NCBI GenBank assembly: GCA_963744145.1
Contig: CAVUSO010000001.1
Coordinates: 4,416,001-4,480,000 of the forward strand
Length of the DNA stretch: 64,000 nt
Reading direction: 5' to 3'
DNA from: an uncultured cyanobacterium
GTDB taxonomy: Bacteria; Cyanobacteriota; Cyanobacteriia; Cyanobacteriales; CAWUOF01
A program made the translations under genes and the position numbers. Shown in pieces: positions 21,294 to 33,349 of this stretch; positions within the stretch are counted from its first letter, which is position 1; each line of letters starts with the position of its first letter. The notes beneath the pieces are model-generated. The model had not been told where the DNA came from, ran no database searches, and saw nothing but the letters and a program-made list of their open reading frames with translations.

Positions 21294-24200
21294 TCATTTT
21301 GATCTGGGTAATGCCCACTCAAGATAAGCTTTTAATTGTCTGGCCAAATCTTGAACATTAGGTTCCTCGATCATGGTATAATGATTACCTGGGATGCTGT
21401 AGGTTTCTAAAGACTGAACCATCACTTCATCCCAACCATTCGCAGGATCACTTAAATCATCAGATCGGGTTTCACTGGCTTTGAAAAGGATAATTTGGTT
21501 TGAATAAGTCTGTGGAACATACTTCTGCCAAGCTTGAAAATTCGCTTTGAAAACATCTATAATCGGACGAAGATACTCACTATTAACATCTGTTGGGAGC
21601 AGTCCAGCGCTTTTTGCTTCTTCCAAAACATAGTCAATTTTCTGGTCGAAGGTCAGAGCAGAGATATCTTCTTCAGATTTAATGAGATTTTGGTCGAAAC
21701 GACCTCCGAAGTCCTGAGCAAAGTAGCTCATTAATGTTGTGTCATCAAGGTCGCTCATCATCTGGCGATCGCGATGATTAAAGACCATACTGTCCAGTAA
21801 GACCAGCAGCGCTACCTCCTGATGCTGTTGTTGGAGTTGTTGTGCCATTTCCAAAGCGATCACTCCACCCATCGACCAACCTCCGAGCAGGTAAGGACCA
21901 GAGGGTTGGACCACACGCATCGCTTCGATATAACAAGCAGCCATTTCTTCAATTTCACTTAAAGGTTGAGTTTGCCCATCTAATCCTTTAGCTTGTAGTC
22001 CGTAGAAGGGTTGCTCAGTCCCAAGGTAACGGGCTAAACTCCAGTAGCACAGAACGTTACCCCCCACTGGATGGACGCAAAAGAAAGGTGGTTTAGAACC
22101 ATCAGGTTGAATTTCTACCACAGGAGACCAGGTTTGGACTAAATCTCTGTGCGATCGGATTATCCTAGCCTGTTGTTCAATGGTGGCATTTTCAAATAGG
22201 CTAGTGAGAGGTAAATTTTGTCCCAATTCCTTTTGGATCAGAGCCATCAGACTGACCGCCAACAAGGAGTGACCACCCAGATGGAAAAAATGATCGCGAA
22301 CACCCACTGGAGTAGGATGAAGCACCTTTTCCCAGATTTGGACAAGTTTAAGTTCTAGGGTGTCACGAGGTGCAACCAAGGTACTTTGAATTGCATAGCG
22401 ATCGCGATCGGGTGCAGGTAGTGCTTTTCGATCTACTTTACCGTTCGGTGTCAGTGGCAGTGCATCTAACACCACAAAGTTGGTTGGCACCATGTATTCT
22501 GGTAGCTTTCCCTTGATAAATTCCCGCAGTTGATGGCTGGTTAGTGATTCATCCGAGGTGACTATATATGCAACTAAGCGTTTGTCTTCAGAAATATCTT
22601 CTCGCAGCACTACTACAGCTTGTTGAATTTGAGGATAGGTATGGAGAACTGCTTCGATTTCTCCTAATTCGATGCGGAAACCACGAATCTTCACTTGGTG
22701 ATCTATCCGCCCTAAGTATTCGATCTTACCATCACTTAAGTACCGGGCTAGATCACCTGTTTGGTAAAGACGTTCTGATTTGTGATCACAGAAAGGATTT
22801 TGAATAAATTTTTCTGCTGTTAATTCTGGACGATTTAGGTAGCCTCTGGCTAATCCTGCACCACCAATATATAATTCCCCAGACACACCGATCGGCACTG
22901 GTTGGAGATGGCAGTTGAGGATATAAACTTTAGTATTGGCAATTGGTTTACCGATGGAAATTAATCCGACTTGAGCATCTACCTGATCAATCAGTGACCA
23001 GATGGTAGTCTCTGTCGGTCCATAAACGTTCCACAAACAACTACTCCTAGTTTGTAATTGATTGGCTAGCTTTCTCGGTAAGGCTTCACCACCACAAAGG
23101 ATTTTTAATTGAGCCGAATTTTGCCATCCAGTTTCTAACAGTAATTGCCAGGTTGCTGGAGTAGCTTGCATAACTGTAATGCCAGAGTTTACGATTAAGT
23201 CTAATAACCGTTTGCCATCAACGGTAACTTCACGATTAGCTATCACCACGTAAGCACCCACAATCATTGGTAAGAAAATTTCTAATCCCGCGATATCAAA
23301 GGTAAAAGTTGTCACCCCAAGCAGGACATCATCTGCTGTCATGCCGATGTGCTGGCACATAGTACATAATAAATTCACCACAGCACTATGTAAAATTTGT
23401 ACAGCTTTAGGCTTACCTGTAGACCCAGAAGTGAAAATGGTGTAGGCTAGGTTGCTAGAGTTCACCTCAGTGATTGGGTTTTGTTTACTATGCTGGGCGA
23501 TCTCATGCCAATTCTTGTCTAAATATAGCACAGTAGCGTTCTGTGACAGTAAATCTGACAAAAACTGCTGTTGCGTCAACAATACTGATACTTGAGTATC
23601 CGATAACATGAAATTTACCCGTTCTTGGGGATAACTAGGGTCAATGGGTACATAAGCTCCACCAGCTTTGAGAATCCCTAATAGTCCTATTACCATCTCG
23701 ATCGATCGCTCTACACAAATCCCCACTAACACCTCTGGTCCTACTCCTAAACTCTGGAGGTGATGTGCGAGTTGGTTGGCTTTTTGATTTAATTCTTGAT
23801 AGGTTAACTGCTGGTTCTCAAACACTACAGCTACCGCTAGAGGTGTTTTTGCTACTTGTTCCTCAAACAACTGATGAATACATTTATCACTAGGATATTC
23901 TGTGGCTGTATCATTCCACTCCACCAACAACTGATGTCGTTCGGCTGCACTCAACAGGGGGATTTCCCCCACCTTTTGTTGAGGATTTTTAGCGATCGCC
24001 AATAACATAGTTTGCAGATGTCCTAACATCCGCTCAATCGGATCTTGGGCTAAACGAACTGGATCATAACTAATCTTAATCAACAACTCATCCCCAGGTA
24101 TGACAAATACAGTGAGGGGATAATTAGTTTGTTCAAAACCCTCGATCTTGCTAATCTGGAGTGAACTACCTTCATTCCATAAAGCAGGATTAACTGGATA

Positions 24201-27200
24201 ATTCTCAAATATCATAATACTCTCAAACAAGGGTATTCCCCCAGGTAGATCACTCCAGGATTGAATATCCACTAGGGGAGTATAAGAATAATGTTGTAAT
24301 TCCCACATTAACTGTTGGATTTGTCCGAGCCAAGATATAAGTTGTTCATCTGGGGATATTTGCAGACGTAATGGTAAGGTGTTGATCAACAATCCCACCA
24401 TATTTTCCACCCCAGAAAAACCACTACTCCGACCAGAAACAGTAACTCCAAATACTACATCTTGTTCACCACTATAACGACTTAACAGTAAAGCCCAAGC
24501 AGCTTGGAATATGGTTGCTAAAGTTACGTGATGGTTTTGTGCTACATTCTGTAATTTACAGCTAATCTCAACAGACAACCGTAGTTCAATTTCTTGATAA
24601 TGTGAGTCTTGCTGCTGATTTTGCGCTTGTGTTTGATCCACTACCAAAGGAGTAGGAGCCATAAACCCATCTAACGTTTGTCGACCAAAACTCCTTTGCT
24701 GCTTCCTGGTCTTGAGACTGCAACCAAGCAATATAATCACGGTAGGGATGTGGGGTGGGCAAATCACAAGTTTCACCTTGTAGTTCAGCCTGATAGAGAC
24801 TTAAAACTTCTTTAAAGATAATTGGTAAACACCATCCATCGATCAAACTATGGTGGTGGCTCCAGATCAATTTATAAACGTCAGCACTTAGTTGAATTAA
24901 AGTACATCTCATCAATGGTGCTTGACTAAATTCAAAACCTTGCTTTCTTTGGGTTTGCAACAATTCTGATAATTGCTGTTGTTGCTCGCTCCCAGATAAG
25001 GAAATCCAATCCAGATCACTCCAAGGTAACTCCACCTGTTTCAACACCACTTGTAAGGGAGTTGGGCGATTTTCCCAAACCAAAAATGTCCGAAAAACTG
25101 AATGTCTATCTACAACTTTTTGCCAAGCTAATCGAAAAGCCCTAACATTCACCTTTCCCTGCAAACTCAAAGTTATTTGCTCGTAATACACCCCACTTTC
25201 AGGAGCATAAAGACTATGGAACAGCATCCCTTGTTGCAGGGGAGAAAGTGGATAAATTGACTCAATATTTTTAGTTTTACTCGTAGCTAATAACTGATCA
25301 ATTTCTCCTTGATTTAACTCAGCATCAGGGAAATCAGATGGGGTATAGCCAAAAGCATCTTTTGACTGACAATGTTCAATTAAACCCCGGATTGCTTGAA
25401 TATAGCTCTGCGCCAAATTTTCGACTGTGCTATGATTATAAACCTGCCTAGTGTAAGTCCAACTAATTTGTAATTCTCCTGCTAGCACCAGCGCATTTAG
25501 ATCCAATAGATGGTCACGTTTTTGCTTTAAACTGTAGTTATCTCCAGTGGATTCAGGGGCAAATTTCCACTCGGTTTGGGCTTGAATTTGGTCAAATTGT
25601 CCTAAGTAGTTAAAACTAATTTCTGGAGTCGGAATTGTCTGTAGTTGTGCATTAACTTTCAGAATCTGCACATAAGTAACGCAAAATCCCATAACCCATC
25701 CCACGCTGGGGAATTGCTCGTAATTGCTCTTTAATTGACTTGAGTATTACTCCAAGCTGGTCTGATTTTGGTAGTTGCAATAAAACCGGAAACAAACTGG
25801 TAAACCAACCTACCGTCCGCGATAAGTCTACCTCTGCAAATATTTCTTCTCTCCCATGTCCTTCCAAGTCAATTAATACTGTGGTATTTCCTGTCCAATC
25901 TGCTAATATTTGGACTAATGCACTCAGAAGTAGATCGTTAATTTGTGTGTGGTAAGCTTGATTGACTAATGTGAGCAGATTATGGGTTTCTTCTCTACTT
26001 AATTTAACTACTACATTGGCGGCACTACTAACTACATTTTCTGCTTGAGTATCATGATAGTCTAAGGGTAATGAGGTTACTTCAGACCAAGGTTGGTTGA
26101 GCCAATAGCCTAACTCTTGTTTAATAATTTCTGATTGTGCATATTGGTTTAATTTCTCTGCCCAATCAATGAATGCTGTGGTTTTCGCACTTAATTGGAT
26201 TGGTTTTTGGGCGCTGAGTTGTTGATAAATCATGGCTAAGTCTGATAATAAAATTCGCCAACTCACACCATCTACGGCTAGGTGGTGAATAATTATTAGC
26301 AAACGTGCATCACAGTCACTTCCCAAGTTAAACATGACCATTTGCACGATTGGACCTGTGGACAGATTTAAACTCGCTTGGTATTCTGTGGCGATTTTTT
26401 CTAAGGTTTGTGCTTGTAGGAGTTTAGGTGTTGATGATAAATCTACTACGCTAAATGAGACATGATTATCTTGGTCTTGATTTATTTGTTTGGACTCAGA
26501 TGCTGCTGATGTAAATCGTAACCGTAGCGCATCATGATGTTCTATTAATTTTTTCCAAGCTATTTCAATTAGTTCACTTTGGAGATGAGGGGGAATTTGC
26601 AATAAAACTGATTGGTTATAGTGTTGTGGCTCTTGACGATTTTGGGCAAAAAACCAATGTTGAATTGGTGTCAGATGTGCAACTCCCGTTACGATACCTT
26701 GTTGAGCTATTACCCTCACTGTGGTATTGGCAACTCTGGCTAATTCGGCGATCGTTTGATTTTGGAAAATTTGTTTAGGGGTGATTTCTACTCCTGAGTT
26801 TTTCGCCCGAGCAACTACTTGAATGCTGAGAATGGAATCACCACCGATTTCAAAAAAGTTATCGTGGATGCTGACTTTTTCTTTAAACAGCAGTTCTTGC
26901 CAAATGTTGGTTAAGATTTCTTCGATCGCTGTACTTGGTGCTACATAATCATCTGCTCTAGTAATTTTTCTATCAGGGACTGGTAAGGATTGGCGATCGA
27001 TTTTCCCGTTGGGTGTTAATGGGAATTTATCTAACATCACAAAAGCCACAGGTATCATGTACTCTGGTAGCTTTTGTTTCAGTAATTCCCGCAATTGATG
27101 ACTGGTCAGTAATTGATCCGAGGTGACTATATATGCAACTAAGCGTCTGTGTCCTGGAACATCTTCTCGCAGCATGACTAGAGCTTGTTGAATTTGAGCA

Positions 27201-30200
27201 TGGCTATTGAGGACTGCTTCGATTTCTCCTAATTCAATTCGGAAACCACGAATTTTTACTTGGTGATCTATCCGCCCTAAGTATTCGATCTTACCATCAC
27301 TTAAGTACCGGGCTAGATCACCTGTTTGGTAAAGGCGTTCTGATTGGTGATCACAGAAGGGATTTTGAATAAATTTTTCTGCTGTTAGTTCTGGACGATT
27401 TAGATAACCTCTGGCTAATCCATCACCTCCAATGTAGATTTCTCCGAGAACACCGATCGGTACTGGTTGTAAATATTGATCTAGAATGTAAATTTGGGTA
27501 TTGCTGATCGGACGACCAATAGGTACTATTTGTAAATCTGCTTGCGGTTGACATTGCCAATAAGTGACATCAATTGCCGCTTCTGTTGGTCCATAAAGAT
27601 TATGCAATTCGCATTTGAGTTTCTCAAAGAAACGTTGATTCAGTTCATACCCTAGTGCTTCTCCACTACAAAATACTCGCTGTAAGGAATGGCAATTTTC
27701 TAAATTAGCCTCTTGCAGAAAAATTTGCAGCATTGATGGAACAAAATGTATAGTCGTGATTTGCTCTTGGAGAATTAAGTTAACTAAATAATTGCTATCT
27801 TTATGTCCTTCTGGTTCGGCGAATACAATTCTTGCTCCTGCTAGTAATGGCCAGAAAAAACTCCCACACTGATACATCAAAACTAAAGGGAGTTTTTTGC
27901 ATAATGCGATCGCTACTATTTAATTGATAAGACTGCTGCATCCATAGCAAACGATTATGAACCCCTTGATGGATATTCATCACTCCCTTTGGTAGTCCAG
28001 TAGAACCAGAAGTGTAGATCACATAAACCAAATTATCTGCACATACCCCAGAATCAAGATTCTCCTGACTCTGTTGCTCAATCACTTTCCCATCAGTATC
28101 TAAACCAACTACCTGTGCTGGATGTGATGGTAAAGACTCTATTAAAGACTGTTGGGTTAACAATACCCTAACCCCCGCATCTGCTAACATATAACTCAGC
28201 CGTTCTGATGGATAATTCGGATCAAGAGGTACATAAGCTCCACCAGCTTTGAGAATCCCTAATAGTCCTACCACCATCTCGATCGATCGCTCTACGCAAA
28301 TCCCCACCAACACCTCTGGTCCTACTCCTAAACTTTGCAGGTGATGTGCTAATTGGTTCGCCCTTTGATTTAATTCTTGATAGGTTAACTGCTGTTTTTT
28401 AAAGACTACAGCTACACCTAGCGGGGTTTTTTCTACTTGTTCCTCAAACAACTGATGAATACATTTATCTCTGGGGTATTCGGTAGCAGTATCATTCCAC
28501 TCCACTAACAACTGATGTCGTTCGGCTACACTCAACAGAGGGATTTCTCCTACCTTTTGTTGGGGATTTTTCACAATTTCTAACAATAAATTCTGAAAAT
28601 GAGTCGCCATCCGCTCAATTGTTGAACCATCAAACAAGTCCGTATTGTACTCCCATGAACTTAGTAATCCCTGGTTAGTTTCAGACATTGATACTGTTAA
28701 ATCAAACTTAGCAATTACACTTTCTGTCGATAACTGAGCCAAACTTACACCAGGTAATTCTAATGCACTCAGGGGTGTATTTTGGAAGACAAACATCACC
28801 TGGAACAGAGGAGAATAACTTAAGGAACGTTCTGGTTGCAATGCTTCTACTACTTGTGCAAAAGGCACATCCTGATGTTGATATGCTTGGAGTGTGGTTT
28901 CCCTCACCTGAGCTAGTAGCTCCTCAAAAGTGGGATGATCGGCAAATTGGGTTCTCAACACCAATGTATTCGCAAAAAAGCCAATCAGCGCTTCAATTTC
29001 ACCCTTGGTGCGATTAGCAATAGGAGTACCAATTAAAATATCTGATTCACCACTATAACGATATAGTAAAGTAGCAAACGCTGCATACAGAGTCATAAAT
29101 AAGGTAGTCCCTGATTCCCGCGACAGAATTTGCAATTTTTTGGTTAAATCAGAATTTAAACTAAAACTTTGAGTATTTCCTCGGTAAGTTTGTGCATTGG
29201 GACGAGGGCGATCTGTCGGTAATTGTAATAGAGGTGGTGTACATTGTAATTGCGATCGCCAGTAATTAAGTTGAGTTTCTAAAACTTCCCCATTCAACCA
29301 TTCTTTTTGCCACCGGGCAAAGTCTGTATACTGAATTGCTAAATCTGGTAAGGTTGATGGTTCTCCAATTTTAAAAGCTTGATATAAAGCAGATAGCTCC
29401 GAGATGAATATCCCGAGCGACCAACCATCAAAAACAATGTGGTGCATTGTGAATAATAAAACCGATTCTGTGGCTGATAACTGTAACCAACTGCTTCTGA
29501 TTAATGGTGCTATTTCTAAGTTAAAGGGGGTATTTGCTTCTTGTTTTACTAACTGCTGTATTTGCAGTTCAATTTCTGGCTCTGGTAGTTGTTGTAAATC
29601 CACCACCTTGATCTTGATGGTGGCTTCTGAATTGATTACCTGAACTGGTGTACCATTTACTGTTGGGAAACTGGTACGGAGTACCTCGTGACGACGTACT
29701 ATTTCTGCTAATGCTTGTTGCAATACATCAATATCTAGAATACCAGTGATTCGGACTGCTTCTGGCAGATTATAAGTAGCACTTGCTCCTTCGAGTTGAT
29801 TCAGGAACCACAGTCGTTCTTGCGCCCAAGATAGGGGGAATTGTTTCCGATCTTTTGTTGGTTGAATGGGTGGAAGACTTAATCTACTTCCAGCCAGACG
29901 TAACTGGGTTAATGTTTGATCTAATTGAGTTACTGTCGGTGATTCAAAGACTGCTCTTAAAGGTATTTCTACAGCAAAGATAAGTCTAAGTCGGGAAACT
30001 AATTGGGTAGCTAAGAGAGAATGTCCTCCCAATTCAAAGAAATTGTCATGGATTCCTACATTCTGCAACTCTAGAACTTTGGCGATGCTGTTGGCGATGA
30101 TTTCTTCGCTTGGTGTACTTGGTGCTACATATTCATATCCTCTGGTGATTTTCCCATCAGGTGCTGGTAGTGCTTGGCGATCGATTTTTCCATTTGGTGT

Positions 30201-31850
30201 TAACGGTAATTTGTCTAACATGACAAAGACCGTAGGTATCATATATTCTGGTAATTTTTGCTTCAGCAATTCGCGCAATTGATGACTGTTTAGTGATTCA
30301 TCCGAGGTAACTATATATCCAACTAAACGTTGGTCTCCAGGAATATCTTCTCGTCGCACTACTACAGCTTGTTGAATTTGAGTATGGGTGTTGAGGACTG
30401 CTTCAATTTCTCCCAATTCAATGCGGAAACCACGAATCTTCACTTGGTTATCTATCCGACCAAAGTATTCGATATTTCCATCTGCTAAGTAGCGAGCCAG
30501 GTCACCTGTTTTGTACAGTTTATCATTTGGTATGGCAGTGAATGGATTGATGATAAATCTTTCTTCGTTAAGTTCATCATTACCAATATAACCCTTACTT
30601 AAATAAGGAGTACGTACATAAATTTCTCCTAATTCTCCAATCTCAGCTAAATTTTGGTGATTATTTAGTATTAAAAGTTGTACATCTTCAATCCCTTGTC
30701 CTAGAGGGATAATTTTACTATTCAAAGCCACCAGCTCACTTGAGTCGGGGATAATAAAATAACCCATTGCTTGCGGAGTTTCGGTAGCTCCATAGAAATT
30801 AATACAGGTTGCCTGGGTCGCAAAATCCTTGATGTTTAGGACATCCTGCACTTTTAAAATATCGCCACCAAAAAATATATAACGTAAATATGGCGTCGGA
30901 TCTATGGGATTTCCTATTAATAATAATTGGGCGATCGCTGGCGTTAGATGAGTAATAGTTATTTGCTGTTGTTTGAACCAATTAGCTAATTGATGAGGTG
31001 TTTCAATATCTAATTGCCGAGGAATATATAAAGTTGCACCGATCGATAATGGTGTGAATATATCCCGTAGTAAGGGATCGTGAGATAGTCCAGAGAGCAT
31101 ACTAAATCGGTCGGAATCCTTCAGTCCAAAGGTCTGACAATGCCATTGGATAAAATGGGATAAAGGTCTGTGAGTACCGAGAATTCCTTTGGGTTTTCCG
31201 CTGGAGCCAGAAGTAAAAGCGATGTATGCTAATTGATCTGGCTCCACTACTATTTCTGGATTGCTAGGTGCATAATCTGAAAATAAGTGGCGAATTTCTG
31301 TGATTGAGCCTTGAGGAAGTTGTAAATTACAATTTAAAGCTAAAGTTTCTAGATAATCTCGCCAAGAATCTGTAATTTCTCCGGCTGTACTGATTTGCAA
31401 CCAAGCGCGAGGTTGAGCAAGTTCTAGACAATCAATCAAACGGGATGAGGGATAAGCGGGATCGAGGATCACAAAAGCTGCACCAGCTTTGAGAATACCT
31501 AGTATTGCCCAAACTAAACCAGCACTGCGATCGCCATAGATAGCTACAATATCTTGAGATTTTATTTGATTTACCAGCAAATAATTAGCCAGTAAATTAC
31601 TACGTTCTTCTAGTTCAGCGTAAGTCCATCTGACTTGTGCATCAACGATCGCTATTTGGTCTGGAAACTTTTGAGTTTGTTGCCAAAAGCTGATATGACA
31701 AGGTAGTGTCCCGTTTTTAGACAATATCTGTCGTGGATTGGGCAGCAATAATTCTGTCCTAGGAGTAGCCAAAGGAATTTCCGTAATTTTCACTTCAGGG
31801 TTGACTATCACTACTTTTGTGTCTTGGTAAGGATGACTAGATCCTACCAA
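21294..31850 (-). pseudogene. NRPS A-T-C-A-T-E-C-A-T-TE, frameshifted and 5'-truncated
   Basis: Four overlapping ORFs with A-domain motifs (TSGSTG, YGPTE), T domains (GGHSL, GGDSI), C domains (HHIVFDG, HHSLIDG), E domain (HHLAVDG, EGHGRE) and TE (GWSMGG). +1 shifts near 27857, 25658 and 24684. Confidence 0.88.
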
Positions 31851-31927
31851 TAGACCTCTTGCAAAAGTCATTTTGATCAATTTATAGTAATTAGGGAAAT
31901 TCTGACTACAGATCATCTATATAGTCA

Positions 31928-32092
31928 ATCGATTTGATTCATCAATGGCTGGGCAAAGCATTTCGGTTATAGTTCTCTGGCTCTAAGCAATTATTGATCT
32001 GCCGAAATGCTTTGCCCCTACAAATCTGGACAAAACTTGCCCTGAGCGTAGTCGAAGGGTTCTGTTGATGTTTCCTTTCTGTTCGCGATCAA
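31928..32092. repeat. About 165-bp composite repeat/MITE-like element, copy 1
   Basis: Near-identical inverted copy at 51560-51723. Confidence 0.8.
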
Positions 32093-32132
32093 CCAATCAT
32101 CTGTAGTACCAATTTATGAAACTGGTATTATT

Positions 32133-32278
32133 GAACGGGCAAGATGCCCGTTCCACCAGAAAAAATGACTCTTGTGGGATGGGCATCTTGCCCATCCTAG
32201 TGATTTGTGATTTGTGGGATGGGCAAGATGCCCATCCTAGTGATTTGTGATTTGTGGGATGGGCATCTTGCCCATCCT
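32133..32278. repeat. Cluster of REP-like palindromes (GGATGGGC-atctt/aagat-GCCCATCC) in 39-bp tandem units
   Basis: Visible directly; related palindromes at 50654-50717. Confidence 0.8.
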
Positions 32279-33185
32279 AAGTTTCTAGCTCAATTCCTAG
32301 AGCTTTAGCGCGATCGCGTAACAGTTTAGTCTGATGACGTTCTGCTTCTAAAACTGCATTTTGTTGAGCTAATTCAGCTAGAGCTTGTTCTTTTTTTTGT
32401 TGTTCTTGCTGTAAATTAGCCTCAGCCTGATCAGCGCGGAATTTTTCTTGTTCAGCGCGAAGTTTTTCTTGTTCAGCGCGAAGTTTTTCTTGTTCAGCGC
32501 GGAATTTTTCTTGTTCAGCCCGGAGTTTTTCTTCCTCGGCTTTTTCCGTACCCAATAATACTAAATTTCCTTCTCGATCGTAAAATCTAATCCAAGTTGC
32601 TTCTTCTTGCAAAATTGTTCCTTTCCATTTTCCTAACCATAATTCCAGAGTGTTACACCATAACCATCCTCTTTGATCCGGAACTAGCTCTTGGTATTTT
32701 CCATTGGAACCTAGACTCCATCCTTGTAAAGAATTTTCATCAAAGGGATCATAGATCAGGTAATCCTGAGTATGAAATGTCTGTTCATAGATATTCTTCT
32801 TTTCTTCTTTATCTACTTTTGCTGTAGTTGGGGACAGTAATTCCACAATGATATCGGGATAACGTCCTTCTTCTTCCCATACTACCCATCCTTGACGTTG
32901 TTTTTTTCCATCGACGTTTAAGACTACAAAAAAATCTGGTCCGCGAAAATCTTGGCTGCGAACCTGTTTGCTGCTATAGTACAAAAACATATTTCCAGCA
33001 GCAAAAAAGTCATTTCGTCCTTGATAAGCTTGATAGATCGCATCAATCAAGCTATTCATAGCGATTCGATGTCTATTACTTTCCAAGGGTTCTCCATCAT
33101 CAAAGATTAAATCGGTTGGGGGAAGCGGTGGTGTCCAGCTTGCTTGGGTTTCACTCTCTTGTGCTTGGATCAGATTGGTGGACAT
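32277..33185 (-). CDS. Uma2 family endonuclease with coiled-coil heptad tail
   Basis: DFRGPDFFVV, PDIIVELLS, (EQEKLRA)n. Confidence 0.88.
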   Translation of the reverse strand: MSTNLIQAQESETQASWTPPLPPTDLIFDDGEPLESNRHRIAMNSLIDAIYQAYQGRNDFFAAGNMFLYYSSKQVRSQDFRGPDFFVVLNVDGKKQRQGWVVWEEEGRYPDIIVELLSPTTAKVDKEEKKNIYEQTFHTQDYLIYDPFDENSLQGWSLGSNGKYQELVPDQRGWLWCNTLELWLGKWKGTILQEEATWIRFYDREGNLVLLGTEKAEEEKLRAEQEKFRAEQEKLRAEQEKLRAEQEKFRADQAEANLQQEQQKKEQALAELAQQNAVLEAERHQTKLLRDRAKALGIELET

Positions 33186-33349
33186 ATACAGATCCTTTTT
33201 TCAGATTTCTTTGATTATATCCGAAATTTGACTTTTTAGACAATTCGCGATCGCGCTCACCATATAATTAGCGATCGCAAACTTTTTTATGATCGGTTGA
33301 ATTTCTGGTTTAATATAGTAAAATCATTACCAAAAGATCGAGTCATACC

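Noticed and set aside
21294..31916. Four separate NRPS genes, or programmed frameshifting
   Set aside because: The breaks fall inside conserved domains, and no common slippery signal is visible.
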